Shown in pieces: positions 61,191 through 64,000 of a DNA stretch of 64,000 nucleotides. Within the stretch, counting starts at the first letter, position 1. Every line of letters starts with the position of its first letter. The notes below the pieces were generated by a model that did not search any database, was not told where the DNA came from, and saw nothing but the letters and a program-made list of their open reading frames with translations. Source of the DNA: Cetorhinus maximus (lineage: Eukaryota); contig NC_135898.1 of NCBI RefSeq assembly GCF_964194155.1, positions 47,678,001 through 47,742,000 of the forward strand, given 5' to 3'. The position numbers and the translations under genes were made by a program.

Positions 61191-64000
61191 TATTATGCTC
61201 TACTACGGGGTTGCTTTGCTCGCTTATCTATCGGCAGGTGAGTCAATTACAATATAATGCAGGCGCAGAGACTAATTTGAAATGAAGCACATGCTATTTA
61301 TTTACACAAACAACAGAACACTAACATGATGTGCGCTTCTCCAGCCAGACCCTACACTAGACTAACATTAACATGGTAGCCTGCACTACACAGCTTTTGG
61401 GTCTTATAGGCACGTGGTCAATCTGCTCAAAGGTGTATTACACCTCAGATCCCTTCCCCTTTTACTTGAAAGTACATTTTACAATATAACTATTTACATA
61501 AATAAACTATTCACAAATTCAGTCTCTCAGGAGGTATTTTCAAAAGAGTCGACCTTCATAACTCAATGCTCTGATGGTTTATCTGATGCCTCCCTCAGGA
61601 ATTCTCCGTCCACTAGGCTCCCCAGTATGAACCTGCAAGTTTGCCTCTTAAACTCTCTCAGGCTCAACATGTCCTACAGGTACTTCCAAAGCAAGAGGAG
61701 TTCCTTCTACCTGTGGTGCAGACTCCAACGGGAATGTTTGGCAAACCTTTTCTTGTGGATCTGTTTCCCTTTTCCTGAGGTGATCTATATGTCTCCTGAT
61801 TATCTGACCTTCAACTGGATGTATGGTAGGATAGGGGTCCTGTCACTGCACTGACTTCTCCTGGTAGCCATTTGGGCCCACCTCCAAAGTTATTTGCAAA
61901 ACTACTTCTCCTGCAGCAAAGTTTCTTTCATGACTGCGGTAATCATCTTCATTATTCTGGGCCTCCTGACTTCTCTCTACCCTCCCCCCTAAATTTGGCC
62001 TTATGAGGCTCAAACGTGTCCTGAGGCATCTCTTCATTAATAACTCTGAGGGGGCAATACAGGCGGTTGTATGTGGTGTCATCCTATAGCTGAGCAGGAA
62101 ATGTGATAATTTCATTGCTATAGAATCCTTGAAGGTCTGGACTGCTCTCTCTCGACCAAACCATTGGATGCAGAGTGGTATGGCGCAGACTTGACATGTG
62201 TTATGCCATTGAGACTTGTAAATCTTTGGAATTCCCCGCTGGTGAATGCTCCTCCATTATCAAACACTATTATCTCTGGTAAGCCGTGTATCGCGAAGCT
62301 CTGACGCAATCCGTCTATGGTGGTGACAGATGTGGGTGATCTCACCTCGTATACATCCATCTATTTGGAGTGAGCGTCTATAAGTAAGAGGAACGTTGTG
62401 CCCAAAAAAGGCCCACGTAGTCAACGTGGAGGCGAACCCATGGCCTTCCTGGCCATTCCCGAGGATCCAGTATAGCAGGAGGCAATTTCTGCACCTGTTG
62501 GTACTGCATGCAGCTCTTGACCATTCCTGGCCGCCATAAGTAGCTGCACGCTAACATTTTCATTCTAGAGGGCCCAGGGTGAGCGCTATGCAATTCTATC
62601 AATAATGGTCATCTTCCTCTGGGAGGCACAATGACTCTCATTCCCCACAGTAAGATGCCATCCTGGCAGGTGAGCTCGTATCTCCTGTTAAAATAAGGTT
62701 TCACTTCATCCAACTTTATTTTGTTAGACCTTCATGCAAGACTTGTTCCCAGACATGAGATAAAACTGGATCGCGGTCTGTCAATTCTCTGATCTGTTTG
62801 GCATTCACTGATGATGAATCCAGAACGTTTAACAAGACAAGTTCTTGAGCAATGGGGATGTTCACATTGCTGTCCTTTAAAGGTAATCAGCTCAGTGTGT
62901 TGGCATTGGCAATCTGGCTTTCCTGCCGGTGGAAAGGTAAGTAGCTAGAATCAGCGCCCACCTCTGGATGCATGCCGAGGCAATTGCGGGTATTGCCTCA
63001 TCTTCCCCATACAAGCCTAGCAGTGGCTTATGATCAGAACGATGGTTGGGATTTTCCAGCCCCGCCCACCACCAGGATCGTCCAGTTCAGCCAAAAGTCA
63101 ATGGTCTTTTGGCTGGGCCGCCAAATCTCCCACGGCGAGTCCCGCCACGACAGAGTCGGAAAATCCCAGCCAATGGTGAAGTGGCGACCATGGATGTACT
63201 GTTGGAATTTCTTAACGCCAAATACAACGGATAGGCCTTCTTTCTCTATTTGTCAGTATTTTTGTTCTGTCACAGAGTGTTCTGAAGCCTAGCCAATGGG
63301 CCATTCGGAGCCATCCAATGGGAGAGTACTGCCCCTACATAGTAAGGGGATGCTTCGCAGGTTAAAATCAATTCTTTGGGTCAAAATGTACCAACAGGGT
63401 CAATGAATGTAGTAATTGCTTCACTACCGTAAAAGCCTGTTGTGGGGCTTGCCAAGTCCACCTGTGTTTTTTCTCGAGTAATCCATATAATGCAGCCAGT
63501 ACTGTTGACAAATTTGGGAGTAAACGACTATAGTAGTTAACCATTCCCAAGGAGGACTCGAGTCCCGTGGCATTTTTCGGGGCTGGCGCCTCACAAATAG
63601 CTTTCACTTCGTCTTCTACTGGGTGAAGGCCCTATGACCCAGGTATATCACTTCTTTTACTTGGACAATACATTTTTCTCTTCTCAAACGTACTACGGCT
63701 TGTGAGAAACGCTTCAATACCTCTTCCAAGTTAGCCAGGTGTTCTTCATCAGTTATTCCTGTTACTAGGACATCGAGATAAACCACCACATGGGATAGAC
63801 TTTGGAGCAAATTTTCCATAGTCCGTTGGAAAATGGCACAAGCCGACGAGACTCCAAAGGGTAACCTGGTATACTGGTATAACCCCCTATGTATGTTGAT
63901 AGTCACAAAATCCCAAGAGGCCTTTTCTAGCTCGACTTGCTGGTAAGCGTGGCTCATGTTGAGTTTCCTTTATGCGGTTCCCCCTGCCAGCTTGGAGTAC
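61191..64000 (-). mobile_element. Decayed Gypsy/Ty3 LTR retrotransposon (RT, RNase H, integrase, PPT, 3' LTR); continues beyond the window
   Basis: RT TINIHRGLYQYTRLPFGVSSACAIFQRTME..VVVYLD, LGMVNYY, and integrase LHSAHPG..RMKMLA..YLW, PWVRLHVDYVG, GLPEIIVFDNG..F and SAPYHSASNGLVER. A polypurine tract AAGTAAAAGGGGAAGGGA (~61467-61450) precedes an LTR-like segment with AATAAA. Confidence 0.9.
63044..63171. mobile_element. 128-bp MITE inserted in the Gypsy RNase H
   Basis: TIRs GGTTGGGATTTTCC / GGAAAATCCCAGCC (13 of 14 match), flanked by GAT and AAT. Removing it restores an approximate HFTI-V.DHKPLLGL RNase H motif. Confidence 0.8.

Overview
Eukaryotic, repeat-rich vertebrate DNA. The repeat repertoire (CR1/L2 LINEs, tRNA-derived and Deu-type SINEs, Penelope-like elements, Gypsy LTR elements, PIF/Harbinger remnants and MITEs) points to a cartilaginous fish, probably a shark. 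The only host coding sequence I can support is the large first coding exon of PLCE1 (phospholipase C epsilon 1) on the minus strand (conserved ATG 38684, phase-0 donor after 37470). Most of the rest is probably PLCE1 intron or 5' region. The main points of interest are: (1) a ~2.1 kb triplet-built minisatellite inside the acidic tail of a dead Harbinger transposase, open in 5 of 6 frames; (2) Penelope copies with inverted ends, clean 14-16 bp target-site duplications, a reproducible ~35-nt unpaired tail and variant minimal hammerhead ribozymes; (3) a candidate alternative first coding exon inside the PLCE1 intron; (4) a 2-codon uORF overlapping an upstream in-frame ATG of PLCE1. I found no convincing new multi-gene system. 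All family assignments come from motif recognition from memory, not database searches, and repeat boundaries are approximate unless a TSD or TIR fixes them.
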